The notes under the pieces are model-generated. The model ran no database searches and was not told where the DNA came from. It was given only the letters and a program-made list of their open reading frames with translations. 26,222 nucleotides of DNA from a virus (lineage: Duplodnaviria > Caudoviricetes). Positions 16,680 to 23,762 of this stretch are shown here, one piece after another. The stretch's first letter is position 1; each line of letters begins with the position of its first letter. A program made the translations under genes and the position numbers. Where the stretch lies: IMG/VR virus record IMGVR_UViG_3300027653_000050, positions 1 to 26,222 of that record; one strand, given 5' to 3'.

Positions 16680-17531
16680 ATGCAAATAATCGATTACACT
16701 AAAGGCATGGAGATACCAAAGAACTGCATTATTCGCGGCATGCCAAACGAGGTTTACCACTCAACAGCGCACATGAGCAAGTCAAAGCTAGATTTATTTG
16801 ACCGCTCACCAGCGCATCTAGAGTGCGCTGGACCAATTGCACCAACGCGCGCAATGGAAATAGGCACAGCTATTCACACGGCAATTCTAGAGCCTGAGCG
16901 CTTTAAAGAAGAATACCTGCTGCTAACTGACGCAAAAGACCGGCGAAGCTCACTGTACCGCGACGCATCGAAAGTTCACGGAACGGAGCGTGTGCTAGTC
17001 AGCACAGAGTGCGAGAAAGTGGAAGGCATGCGCATCACAGCTCATGCATACCACGAGTACACTGACAACTATCTAAACAAGCCGCACGAAATAGAGCTGT
17101 CGTATTTTGGAATATGTTCAGAAACAGGCGTGCCCATCAAGTGTCGTTTTGACATGATAACTGAGTGCGGACATGCGCTTGACCTAAAAAAGACACAGGA
17201 CGTCAGGCTGGACGCACTAGGCAGGGCTATTCTAAATTACAGATATCACGTGCAGTGGGCGTTCTATTCTCACGTTTACGAGTGCGTAACAGGAGAGCCT
17301 CTCAAATCGTTTAATTTCTTTTTTATCGAAGAAAACGCGCCGCACAGCTGCCAAATAGCCAGGTTGTGCGAGGAAACCAAGCAGACAGGCACCGCCGAAA
17401 TGCTGGAGAACCTAGAGAGCTACGCCTCAAATCCAAGCGCAACTGACGGCACGTGGCGGTCACCAGAGGTACTATCACTACCAGTATGGTACTTAAACCA
17501 GAACGCAACAGAGGAAATTATCTATGAGTAA
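16680..17531 (+). CDS. PD-(D/E)XK exonuclease (RecE/ExoVIII, DUF3799-like)
   Basis: N..YH....SKS.L....SPAH, GTAIHTAILEP, KCRFD, DLK.T, YHVQ.AFY. GGAG upstream of ATG 16680. Confidence 0.9.
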   Translation: MQIIDYTKGMEIPKNCIIRGMPNEVYHSTAHMSKSKLDLFDRSPAHLECAGPIAPTRAMEIGTAIHTAILEPERFKEEYLLLTDAKDRRSSLYRDASKVHGTERVLVSTECEKVEGMRITAHAYHEYTDNYLNKPHEIELSYFGICSETGVPIKCRFDMITECGHALDLKKTQDVRLDALGRAILNYRYHVQWAFYSHVYECVTGEPLKSFNFFFIEENAPHSCQIARLCEETKQTGTAEMLENLESYASNPSATDGTWRSPEVLSLPVWYLNQNATEEIIYE

Positions 17532-18150
17532 ATATGATGACGATATTAGTTTTGCAGTAGAGGCAAAGTCTGACCAGTTAAACGCGGTTGATATTATGGG
17601 CGCTGAGCCAATTTTAACAATTCGCGATTTCAAGATTAACAAGACGCCTGACCAGCCAGTGTGGCTGTATTTCAATGGCGACAACGGGCGCCCGTGGAAA
17701 CCAAGCAAGGGCATGCTGCGCATCTTGGGCGCTGCGTGGGGCCGTCGAGCGAGCGCATGGGTAGGCAAAAGCGTCCAAGTCTATTTTGAGCCTGACGTAA
17801 CATACGCAGGAAAAAAAGTTGGCGGAATACGCATCAAGGCGCTATCTGATATTGAGCGCCAAATGGACTTTTCAGAGGCACTAAGCCGCGGAAAGCGTCG
17901 CACAGTAACAGTGGTGCCGCTAACGTTCGAGGCGCAGCCGTATCCGCAGGAGGAATTTGATAACCGCATAGCGTCGATGGTTAAGGCTATGACGCACGGC
18001 ATTGACGAGCGCGGCCCACTGAGCCTACAGCAAGTCATCGCGATGGCTGAGCGGGGCGGCAAGCTAAAGCTAACACCCGAGCAAATCGAGCAGCTAGAAA
18101 AAGCTGCGCCCGAGGTTTTTGACGAAAATGAAAATGAGGAGACACAGTAA
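17524..18150 (+). CDS. Hypothetical protein, possible ssDNA annealing/recombination partner
   Basis: Lies between exonuclease and SSB with overlapping start/stop codons. KSDQLNA.D, PWKPSKGM.R.L...WG, VGGIRI. Function is inferred from position only. Confidence 0.6.
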   Translation: MSKYDDDISFAVEAKSDQLNAVDIMGAEPILTIRDFKINKTPDQPVWLYFNGDNGRPWKPSKGMLRILGAAWGRRASAWVGKSVQVYFEPDVTYAGKKVGGIRIKALSDIERQMDFSEALSRGKRRTVTVVPLTFEAQPYPQEEFDNRIASMVKAMTHGIDERGPLSLQQVIAMAERGGKLKLTPEQIEQLEKAAPEVFDENENEETQ

Positions 18151-18542
18151 TGATTTACGTAACAGTTAGCGGCAATGTTGGTCGCGATGCAGAACTTAGA
18201 CAAGCGGGCGGAACGGATGTTTTGAATTTTAACGTTGCCGCCACCAGCGGGTTCGGTGAGCGCGAACAAACTCTATGGGTAAGATGCGCATTGTGGGGCA
18301 AGCGCGGCGCAGCGCTAGCGCAGTACATAAAAAAAGGCTCGCGCGTGACGGTGATTGGAGAGCTGAGCACCGAAGAGTACAACGGCGCAACGCAGCTAAA
18401 CTGCCGCGTCGCAGAAATAAAGCTGCAGGACAGCGCTGGCGGACAGCAATCAGCACAACAGAGCGCGCCACAGCAACAGGCGCCACAAGCGCCACAAGCA
18501 CCATCTGAATCGCTTTATTTTGACGATGACGTACCGTTCTGA
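18150..18542 (+). CDS. ssb: Single-stranded DNA-binding protein
   Basis: GNVGRDAELR, LWGKR....AQYIKKGSRVTV.GEL, a Gln/Pro-rich linker and an acidic tip FDDDVPF. Confidence 0.95.
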   Translation: MIYVTVSGNVGRDAELRQAGGTDVLNFNVAATSGFGEREQTLWVRCALWGKRGAALAQYIKKGSRVTVIGELSTEEYNGATQLNCRVAEIKLQDSAGGQQSAQQSAPQQQAPQAPQAPSESLYFDDDVPF

Positions 18543-18549
18543 TTTGACA

Positions 18550-18572
18550 AGGCCGCGATGAGCGGCCTGTTT
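18550..18572 (+). terminator. Hairpin / weak terminator after ssb
   Basis: AGGCCGC-GATGA-GCGGCCT followed by GTTT. The T tract is short. Confidence 0.45.
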
Positions 18573-18585
18573 CATAGGAGGATAT

Positions 18586-18810
18586 ATGCTGCCAAAAAAC
18601 TACGTAAAAGACGACGCAAGCTGGATGCTACAGCAAATGATGCGTCTGCCGCCAGAGCACCGAGACAAAGCAAGAATAGGCTACGACACAGTCTGGCAAG
18701 AAACCTGGCACGCCGAACCAATCCCACAAAAACGAGAAAACAAAGCGCGCTTTGCTGCGAATACAAGGCTGCGGAAATATGTTGATAGGGTTACGAGTAG
18801 TAGAGCATAA
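18586..18810 (+). CDS. Hypothetical phage protein
   Basis: Strong AGGAGG RBS. 74-aa ORF ending ENKARFAANTRLRKYV... Confidence 0.75.
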   Translation: MLPKNYVKDDASWMLQQMMRLPPEHRDKARIGYDTVWQETWHAEPIPQKRENKARFAANTRLRKYVDRVTSSRA

Positions 18811-18832
18811 AAAAGCCCCCAGTTACGGGGGC
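18809..18832 (-). terminator. Rho-independent terminator (minus strand; may be bidirectional)
   Basis: GCCCCC/GGGGGC stem (18815-18832) with A6 on its left side (18809-18814). Confidence 0.75.
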
Positions 18833-18867
18833 AAAACCTTATTGAATCCCGCATGAATACATGCGAG
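18809..18867 (-). ncRNA. Candidate small RNA (~58 nt, two hairpins)
   Basis: Promoter TTGAAT (18900-18895)-N16-TATTAT (18878-18873). 5' hairpin CTCGCATG-TATT-CATGCGGG. Terminator GCCCCC-N6-GGGGGC-T6. Confidence 0.55.
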
Positions 18868-18939
18868 CACCCATAATACCTGTCTATAAAAATAATTCAA
18901 AAATAAGTACTGACTGCCTAAAAAATAACCTATTTTTAT

Positions 18940-18967
18940 TTGCATATGTGTATAGCTGTGCTAATAT
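18940..18967 (+). promoter_or_regulatory. Early-region promoter
   Basis: TTGCAT-N16-TAATAT with a TGC extension and an A/T-rich upstream element. Same architecture as 23660-23687. Confidence 0.7.
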
Positions 18968-19006
18968 ACACACATAGACAACAAACACAGAAAAAGGAAC
19001 GATGAA

Positions 19007-19153
19007 ATGTTTAAAGTAACTCAGATCAGAAACGGCTTTGTAGTAGGCGTGTGGTTTCAGAGCGCTGAATCAGCAAGCGATGCATTGGAGTCTGTAAAAG
19101 AGTTCTATGCGAACGACATCGACGATTCAGAGTTTTTGGTGGAGCAAGTTTAA
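19007..19153 (+). CDS. Small acidic hypothetical protein (48 aa), first early gene
   Basis: Not in the ORF track. AAGGA RBS. Sequence MFKVTQIRNGFVVGVWFQSAESASDALESVKEFYANDIDDSEFLVEQV. Confidence 0.7.
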   Translation: MFKVTQIRNGFVVGVWFQSAESASDALESVKEFYANDIDDSEFLVEQV

Positions 19154-19199
19154 CCCACACACGCGCCCCATGTAGCGCACCAACCAATAGGAGATCCAA

Positions 19200-19367
19200 A
19201 TGAAGCAAGACGAAAGAATTGACCAGCGCGTAGGGTTTTTTGTTACACGCAAGCAGCGCGAATTCCTAGATAAACACACAGGCAAGCGCGGCATGGGCGA
19301 ATTGCTGCGCTGGCTGCTAGACAACCACATCAACCAAGTTGAAAAACAAAACGGGGAACAACAATGA
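19200..19367 (+). CDS. Small protein, ribbon-helix-helix-like (55 aa)
   Basis: Not in the ORF track. AGGAG RBS. Sequence MKQDERIDQRVGFFVTRKQREFLDKHTGKRGMGELLRWLLDNHINQVEKQNGEQQ. ATGA overlap with the next gene. Confidence 0.7.
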   Translation: MKQDERIDQRVGFFVTRKQREFLDKHTGKRGMGELLRWLLDNHINQVEKQNGEQQ

Positions 19368-19621
19368 AAACAATTTACGAAATGACAGTGCAAGAACTGC
19401 TAGACGCGGGGTTTAATGTGTACGCGTCAAAGCTAACTCAAATGGGCGAGACTGAGCCATGGCTAGCCACGGACGCGCAAAAAATGGAAACACTCCAAGC
19501 CTTACTACCAGACGGCGCAGTCTACAGAGGGTGGATGCCATCATCAACTTTGCAGTTAAGCGGCGGACGCGCAACCAGGCGCTTACCAAGCGGAGTTGGA
19601 GTTCAGGTATCAATATCATGA
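19364..19621 (+). CDS. Hypothetical protein
   Basis: GGGGA RBS. ATGA overlaps at both ends. Confidence 0.75.
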   Translation: MKTIYEMTVQELLDAGFNVYASKLTQMGETEPWLATDAQKMETLQALLPDGAVYRGWMPSSTLQLSGGRATRRLPSGVGVQVSIS

Positions 19622-19821
19622 TTAATTTAGAAGATTTTATGGATGGCGCGCTCATTCTAGGCGCCGCCGCATCAGTAATAGCCCTGGCATTCGCTGTGGC
19701 GGGATATTTTAGCCTGCCCACAGTGCAGGTCAGTCATAGCACGGGTGAGTGCGTGCAGGTAATACCTGAGGGCAGCTGTGACAATCTGCCATCAAAATAC
19801 GTACGAGAGGTGGTCAAATGA
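19618..19821 (+). CDS. Hypothetical membrane-anchored protein
   Basis: Start moved to ATG 19618. One TM helix followed by LPTVQVSHSTGECVQV....SCDNLP.KY. Confidence 0.7.
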   Translation: MINLEDFMDGALILGAAASVIALAFAVAGYFSLPTVQVSHSTGECVQVIPEGSCDNLPSKYVREVVK

Positions 19822-20105
19822 GAGACTGGGGCACAGACGGAAACTTATACGCATTGCATAAACACGAGCAGGAGCTAGACCGACAGCAGGCGCGCGACGA
19901 CAAAATAGAAGAACTACGCGCAGAGCTTGACGACGATGAGCTGGACGAAATCCTGGGTGAAGTTTTTGACTGCATAACAGTGAAAAACGTCGAGGAAATG
20001 AGTTACGAAGAGCTTGGTCGAGAAATCAGCACTGAGTACGAGCGTCTTGCGCGCGAAGCGGCTGAGAGAAAGCTGGACGAGATGGAGCTTTACGGAGAGT
20101 GCTAA
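19818..20105 (+). CDS. Acidic hypothetical protein
   Basis: GAGGTG RBS and ATGA overlap. Very Asp/Glu-rich. Confidence 0.75.
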   Translation: MRDWGTDGNLYALHKHEQELDRQQARDDKIEELRAELDDDELDEILGEVFDCITVKNVEEMSYEELGREISTEYERLAREAAERKLDEMELYGEC

Positions 20106-20177
20106 TGACAACAAGAGCCTTGTCCTTGGGCGCAATCATTGAGCCGCTATATCCGGCTTGCTGTTAGGAGCTAATAA

Positions 20178-20411
20178 ATGCCTAGATATCAAAAATGCAC
20201 AATGTTTCATAGTTTTCAGCCAGTCACCGAAAACATTAGTAAGTGCAAGCGCTGCGGCGCCGAGCAAATCACATTGCCGAGCGGCAGTGTTGAGAGCCTA
20301 AAAATAGCAGCAACATGGGTTAATTATATGGCTGACGAGGTACTGAAATTGGACGAGGTACTGAGATTGGCGGCTGCTAGGCTGCTAGAAATTACCGAGG
20401 AACTAAAATGA
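20178..20411 (+). CDS. Hypothetical protein (possible Zn-binding C..H/CKRC)
   Basis: AGGAG RBS. ATGA overlap with the next gene. Confidence 0.65.
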   Translation: MPRYQKCTMFHSFQPVTENISKCKRCGAEQITLPSGSVESLKIAATWVNYMADEVLKLDEVLRLAAARLLEITEELK

Positions 20412-20662
20412 AATACTTAATACCACTACTCATAGGCATAGCACTAGGATTTGCTACACACGAGTACGCAGTAGAGCGCCTAGCAGTCCAAGCCATAGCG
20501 CTAGACACGCGACCAGTATCAAGCCGCACCGACGCAATCAAAATAGCCCGCGCATGCATGGCCACCAAAGGTGCTGTGGCAACGATGTACAAAAACCGCG
20601 ACGGCAATTTAAAACGCGTTGAGTGTGATTTGAGGATTGATGAAGAGGAGCAGGTGAAATGA
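20408..20662 (+). CDS. Hypothetical protein with N-terminal signal/TM segment
   Basis: GAGGA RBS. Begins MKYLIPLLIGIALGFA. Confidence 0.7.
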   Translation: MKYLIPLLIGIALGFATHEYAVERLAVQAIALDTRPVSSRTDAIKIARACMATKGAVATMYKNRDGNLKRVECDLRIDEEEQVK

Positions 20663-20892
20663 CCGACACACAGCAAAAACTAGACAAACCAACCGAGCAC
20701 ATAGCAAACCTATAGGCCGAGGTGGCACTACTAAACAATGCTGTATCAGCGCAGCCAGCATTGCGCGACAGCATGGCGGCGCATGCACTGGTTGGGCTGC
20801 TGGCATCGCCGAACCCCATCGGCGAGCCGCATCACTTTGCAGAATGGGCGTACAAATATGCAGACGCAATGCTAAAGGAGCGTGAAAAATGA
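20659..20892 (+). pseudogene. Small phage gene interrupted by an in-frame TAG (20713-20715)
   Basis: MTDTQQKLDKPTEHIANL*AEVALLNNAVSAQPALRDSMAAHALVGLLAS...AYKYADAMLKEREK. ATGA overlaps at both ends. LRD..AA.A..G / AY..ADAML..R is a recurrent phage small-protein pattern. Confidence 0.65.
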
Positions 20893-21191
20893 CTTTTAAA
20901 GAGTGGTGGGAATCTTACTTAAACAGTGAGCCGAACGATACGTTCTTTCGTGATAAAGAGTTCGCTAAGTTTGTGTGGGATGCAGCTCATCCAAAATGGG
21001 AACCAATTGAAACAGCTCCAAAGAATGAAGTTATGTTTTTAGGCTATGTTCCTCATTCGAGCGGTGGGTATATTTGTTGTTTTTACTGGAACAAGAAACT
21101 CAAACAATGGCAAAACAATATCGACGGCGGCTGTGATATACCAACCCACTGGATGCCACTGCCTGAGCCGCCAAAGGAGAGCGAGAAATGA
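20889..21191 (+). CDS. DUF551-like hypothetical protein
   Basis: WEPIETAPK...PTHWMPLPEPP. AAGGAG RBS. Confidence 0.85.
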   Translation: MTFKEWWESYLNSEPNDTFFRDKEFAKFVWDAAHPKWEPIETAPKNEVMFLGYVPHSSGGYICCFYWNKKLKQWQNNIDGGCDIPTHWMPLPEPPKESEK

Positions 21192-21240
21192 GGACAGAGC
21201 ACTTACGACACATCTTTCGGGTGGCTGGAGATATAACAAT

Positions 21241-21507
21241 ATGAAAAAAATGACCGTATTTGATTTTCGGTACAAAAAACAGTTTGCAGGATTGGATTTT
21301 TTTGGAAAGGCGGATGTCAGCGCAGAGAGTAAGGTAGCACAGCTTGTAAACTCAAACTGGCTGTACTCAGAGCACTGGCCTAAAGAAATAGACCAAGAGT
21401 GGGTCAATGCTGTAAATGCAGATATCAACAGAGAGATGGAGATTGCCAAGAATCGGTTATCCGATCTTGAGTTGGCAAAAAAGCTGGTAGATAGGCTTGA
21501 GTTATGA
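21241..21507 (+). CDS. Hypothetical protein
   Basis: GGAG upstream of ATG 21241 (MKKMTVFDFRYKKQF...). C-terminal part of track ORF 21046..21507. Confidence 0.6.
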   Translation: MKKMTVFDFRYKKQFAGLDFFGKADVSAESKVAQLVNSNWLYSEHWPKEIDQEWVNAVNADINREMEIAKNRLSDLELAKKLVDRLEL

Positions 21508-21554
21508 CAGCCATCCAACAATCAAAAGCAACTTAAAATGTTTGGAGAACTTGC

Positions 21555-22028
21555 ATGAACTGGAACGAATTTAAGCAAAACGTAGAGCAATGGGCATCCG
21601 AGCGCGGCATCTATGAGCACAGCACGCCAGAGGCGCAGCTATTAAAAGCGCTTAGCGAACTTGGTGAGCTGTCCGATGCGATAATTAAAAACGACCATGA
21701 GGCACTGAAAGATGCGATTGGCGATGTGGCGGTCTGTATGGTGAATTACGCACGCCTTGCGGGCGAGTATATAACCAATCCCGATAGCACCGAAAAAACG
21801 GAAGGCACCACAGCATTGATTGGCGCGCTGTCAATTTATATTGGTGGCCACATAATGTCCGCAGAAGAAAAAAGGTTTATAGACGCGTATCGCACGTTCG
21901 AAACACTTGTTGCTATTTGCAAAAACGAGGGAACGACGTTTATCCACTGCTGCGCACGCGCATGGAACGAAATTAAAGACAGGAAGGGCCTCATGGTTCC
22001 AGGCGGTGCTTTTGTTAAAGAGGGTTGA
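21555..22028 (+). CDS. MazG-like nucleotide pyrophosphohydrolase
   Basis: WASERGI, QLLKALSELGEL..AI, DAIGDVAV and AWNEIKDRKG....GAFVKE. Confidence 0.85.
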   Translation: MNWNEFKQNVEQWASERGIYEHSTPEAQLLKALSELGELSDAIIKNDHEALKDAIGDVAVCMVNYARLAGEYITNPDSTEKTEGTTALIGALSIYIGGHIMSAEEKRFIDAYRTFETLVAICKNEGTTFIHCCARAWNEIKDRKGLMVPGGAFVKEG

Positions 22029-22032
22029 CATC

Positions 22033-22215
22033 ATGACAGATTTCACATGCCGCGAAGCCGCGCACGACGAAGCGCAATTATTGGCAAACCAAACAGGCAA
22101 GGCGCACATTGTGCGCTACTGCAAAAAGAGTAGAAGTTATCTGATTTTTCAAATGAGTACGAAAAGCGGCCCAGCTACGCTAACACAGGAGGTATTTTTC
22201 AGTGAAGACGAATAA
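22033..22215 (+). CDS. Hypothetical protein
   Basis: GAGGG upstream of ATG 22033. Fills the gap between the MazG-like and HTH genes. Confidence 0.6.
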   Translation: MTDFTCREAAHDEAQLLANQTGKAHIVRYCKKSRSYLIFQMSTKSGPATLTQEVFFSEDE

Positions 22216-22486
22216 AGCACTAGAGCTACGCAAAAAGCATAACCTATTGCAACGAGAAGTGGCAGAGCTGGTGGGCTGCTCTATGTTCAGCGTCAGCCGC
22301 GCAGAGCGTGGCGGCTCGCCTGTGGTGTACGAGAAGATATTAAGAGTTCTCGGCGGCGATAAAATAGAGCCCATCGAAGATGAGGCGCCACGAGAAAAAG
22401 CAACGCCAGAAAAGCTGCTGTCAACACCGTGGATTGACACCAGCACAAATTGGCGCAACAGGTACAACAAAGGAGTAACAGTATGA
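22202..22486 (+). CDS. XRE-family HTH protein
   Basis: LRKKHNLLQREVAELVGCSMFSVSRAERG. AGGAGGT RBS. Confidence 0.8.
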   Translation: MKTNKALELRKKHNLLQREVAELVGCSMFSVSRAERGGSPVVYEKILRVLGGDKIEPIEDEAPREKATPEKLLSTPWIDTSTNWRNRYNKGVTV

Positions 22487-23364
22487 CTGATTTTCGCAAT
22501 GTAAAACTAAAAGTGCTTTCACCTGAACACAGCGCAGCATTTCAAGAGGCTGCGTTTGAGACTGGTGCTCGATGGGTTTGCGGACAAGACTATGCTCGGC
22601 TTACTAACGCATCTTTTTTGTATATCACAGAAACAGGCGAGATAGTTTGTTCTAGCAACGAGATGTTTTTTGAAAAAAGCGAATGCAATGAGATTTTATT
22701 CACCACGCCCGCATACTTGAAAACAAAAATCCAAATACGCGACAGGGAGCATCTTTGTTTTGTTTTGGAGAAGCTAAGGCAGAACGGCGTTCAAGATACC
22801 GGACGTGTGAAAACCCTACCGCTGCGCGACGGTGATTATATATGGGTTGGAATTCAGGGTTTTTGTTGGGCGGCAGCAAGAGAGGTAATTAGCAACCTTA
22901 GTAGCTACAAAGAAATCTTCATCGAAAAAGACGACGCAGGGGAAATGCTCTCTGAGCCAGCCCTAGCCAATATCAGCAATACGGGAAACCAAGAAAACAT
23001 GGAAAGCACCCAGAAAATAATATCATCAATAAACAGGGCGATGCTGCGTGGCGAGTACCGTTGGCCACCGGCCGACGGCTACGAAAAACTAACCGATGTA
23101 CTGCAAGCTGCGCACAACCAAGCAGCGCACGGCAAGGGCAAAGATCGCCACGCTAACAATTTGCCGTTTCACGAGCAGCGCATGCAGACCATTAGCAAGC
23201 TAATCAAAAGCCCCAAGGGCATGGAGTTCCAAGCCATCAAAAAGCTCACAGAAGGCATGCAGTTTGACGACCACGGCAAGCGAGAAGCTGAATTGCTCGG
23301 CGCTATAAACTATATCGCAGGCATTGTTATTTATTTTAGGGAGAGCAGAGATGAAAACCAATAA
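22483..23364 (+). CDS. Multidomain hypothetical protein with a helical C-terminal domain
   Basis: AAGGAG upstream of ATG 22483. C-terminal GKGKDRHA...PF..Q.M...G..FQAIKK..E...ELLGAINY. Confidence 0.75.
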   Translation: MTDFRNVKLKVLSPEHSAAFQEAAFETGARWVCGQDYARLTNASFLYITETGEIVCSSNEMFFEKSECNEILFTTPAYLKTKIQIRDREHLCFVLEKLRQNGVQDTGRVKTLPLRDGDYIWVGIQGFCWAAAREVISNLSSYKEIFIEKDDAGEMLSEPALANISNTGNQENMESTQKIISSINRAMLRGEYRWPPADGYEKLTDVLQAAHNQAAHGKGKDRHANNLPFHEQRMQTISKLIKSPKGMEFQAIKKLTEGMQFDDHGKREAELLGAINYIAGIVIYFRESRDENQ

Positions 23365-23521
23365 ACAAGAAAAATGGCCAGCGCCAGTACCCCTAGCGCG
23401 CCCAAACCCGATGCGCGAAGTGGTGGCAAAACAAACAGAAGAGTTCCTAAAAAACGGCGGCAAAATAACTAAACTGCCACCACAAAGCTCAGGAAAATAT
23501 GCAAAATTTAACAGGAGCTAG
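23351..23521 (+). CDS. SutA RNA-polymerase-binding-domain-like small protein
   Basis: REVVAKQTEEFLKNGGKITKLPP resembles the EEFL..GGK(V/I) core of SutA. GGGAG upstream of ATG 23351. Confidence 0.65.
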   Translation: MKTNKQEKWPAPVPLARPNPMREVVAKQTEEFLKNGGKITKLPPQSSGKYAKFNRS

Positions 23522-23523
23522 GC

Positions 23524-23697
23524 ATGAAAACACGAAAAATAAATATCACGAACAATCTACGAATTTATATTCACAGGCGCACTAATTTTCTTCTCCTACG
23601 TTACAAAACAGGAGGCTATTTGCAGTTAGGCTGGATTACAATAAGCTGGTCAAAACCATTTGACAAGAAGAAGCGGCGTGCTAATATGAACTCGTAG
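23524..23697 (+). CDS. Small basic hypothetical protein (57 aa)
   Basis: Not in the ORF track. AGGAG RBS. Sequence MKTRKINITNNLRIYIHRRTNFLLLRYKTGGYLQLGWITISWSKPFDKKKRRANMNS. Confidence 0.55.
   Translation: MKTRKINITNNLRIYIHRRTNFLLLRYKTGGYLQLGWITISWSKPFDKKKRRANMNS
23660..23687 (+). promoter_or_regulatory. Sigma70-like promoter for a short non-coding transcript
   Basis: TTGACA-N16-TAATAT with a TGC extension. No ORF of meaningful length lies between it and the terminator. Confidence 0.7.
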
Positions 23698-23757
23698 TAG
23701 TTCTGTGTTGTCGTTCCTTGCCCCAAGTGCATTCCCCGTGCCTTGGGGCTTTTTATT
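23694..23757 (+). ncRNA. Candidate trans-acting anti-RBS small RNA (~65 nt)
   Basis: Bounded by a promoter and a terminator. Its U/C-rich 5' arm and C-rich loop are complementary to the RBS regions at 16663-16676, 18984-19002, 19351-19358 and 14617-14625. Confidence 0.65.
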
Positions 23758-23762
23758 TTTTC
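23720..23762 (+). terminator. Rho-independent terminator ending the early region
   Basis: GCCCCAAG (23720-23727)/CTTGGGGC (23742-23749) stem followed by TTTTTATTTTTT. Faces the convergent holin stop. Confidence 0.9.

Noticed and set aside
18465-18503. GCGCCACA(A)G short repeats in ssb
   Set aside because: They encode the ordinary Gln/Ala/Pro linker of SSB.
20100-20172. attC-like element (GCTAAT...GTTAGG) or 20-aa mini-ORF
   Set aside because: The core sites do not fit RYYYAAC/GTTRRRY and the internal dyad symmetry is poor.
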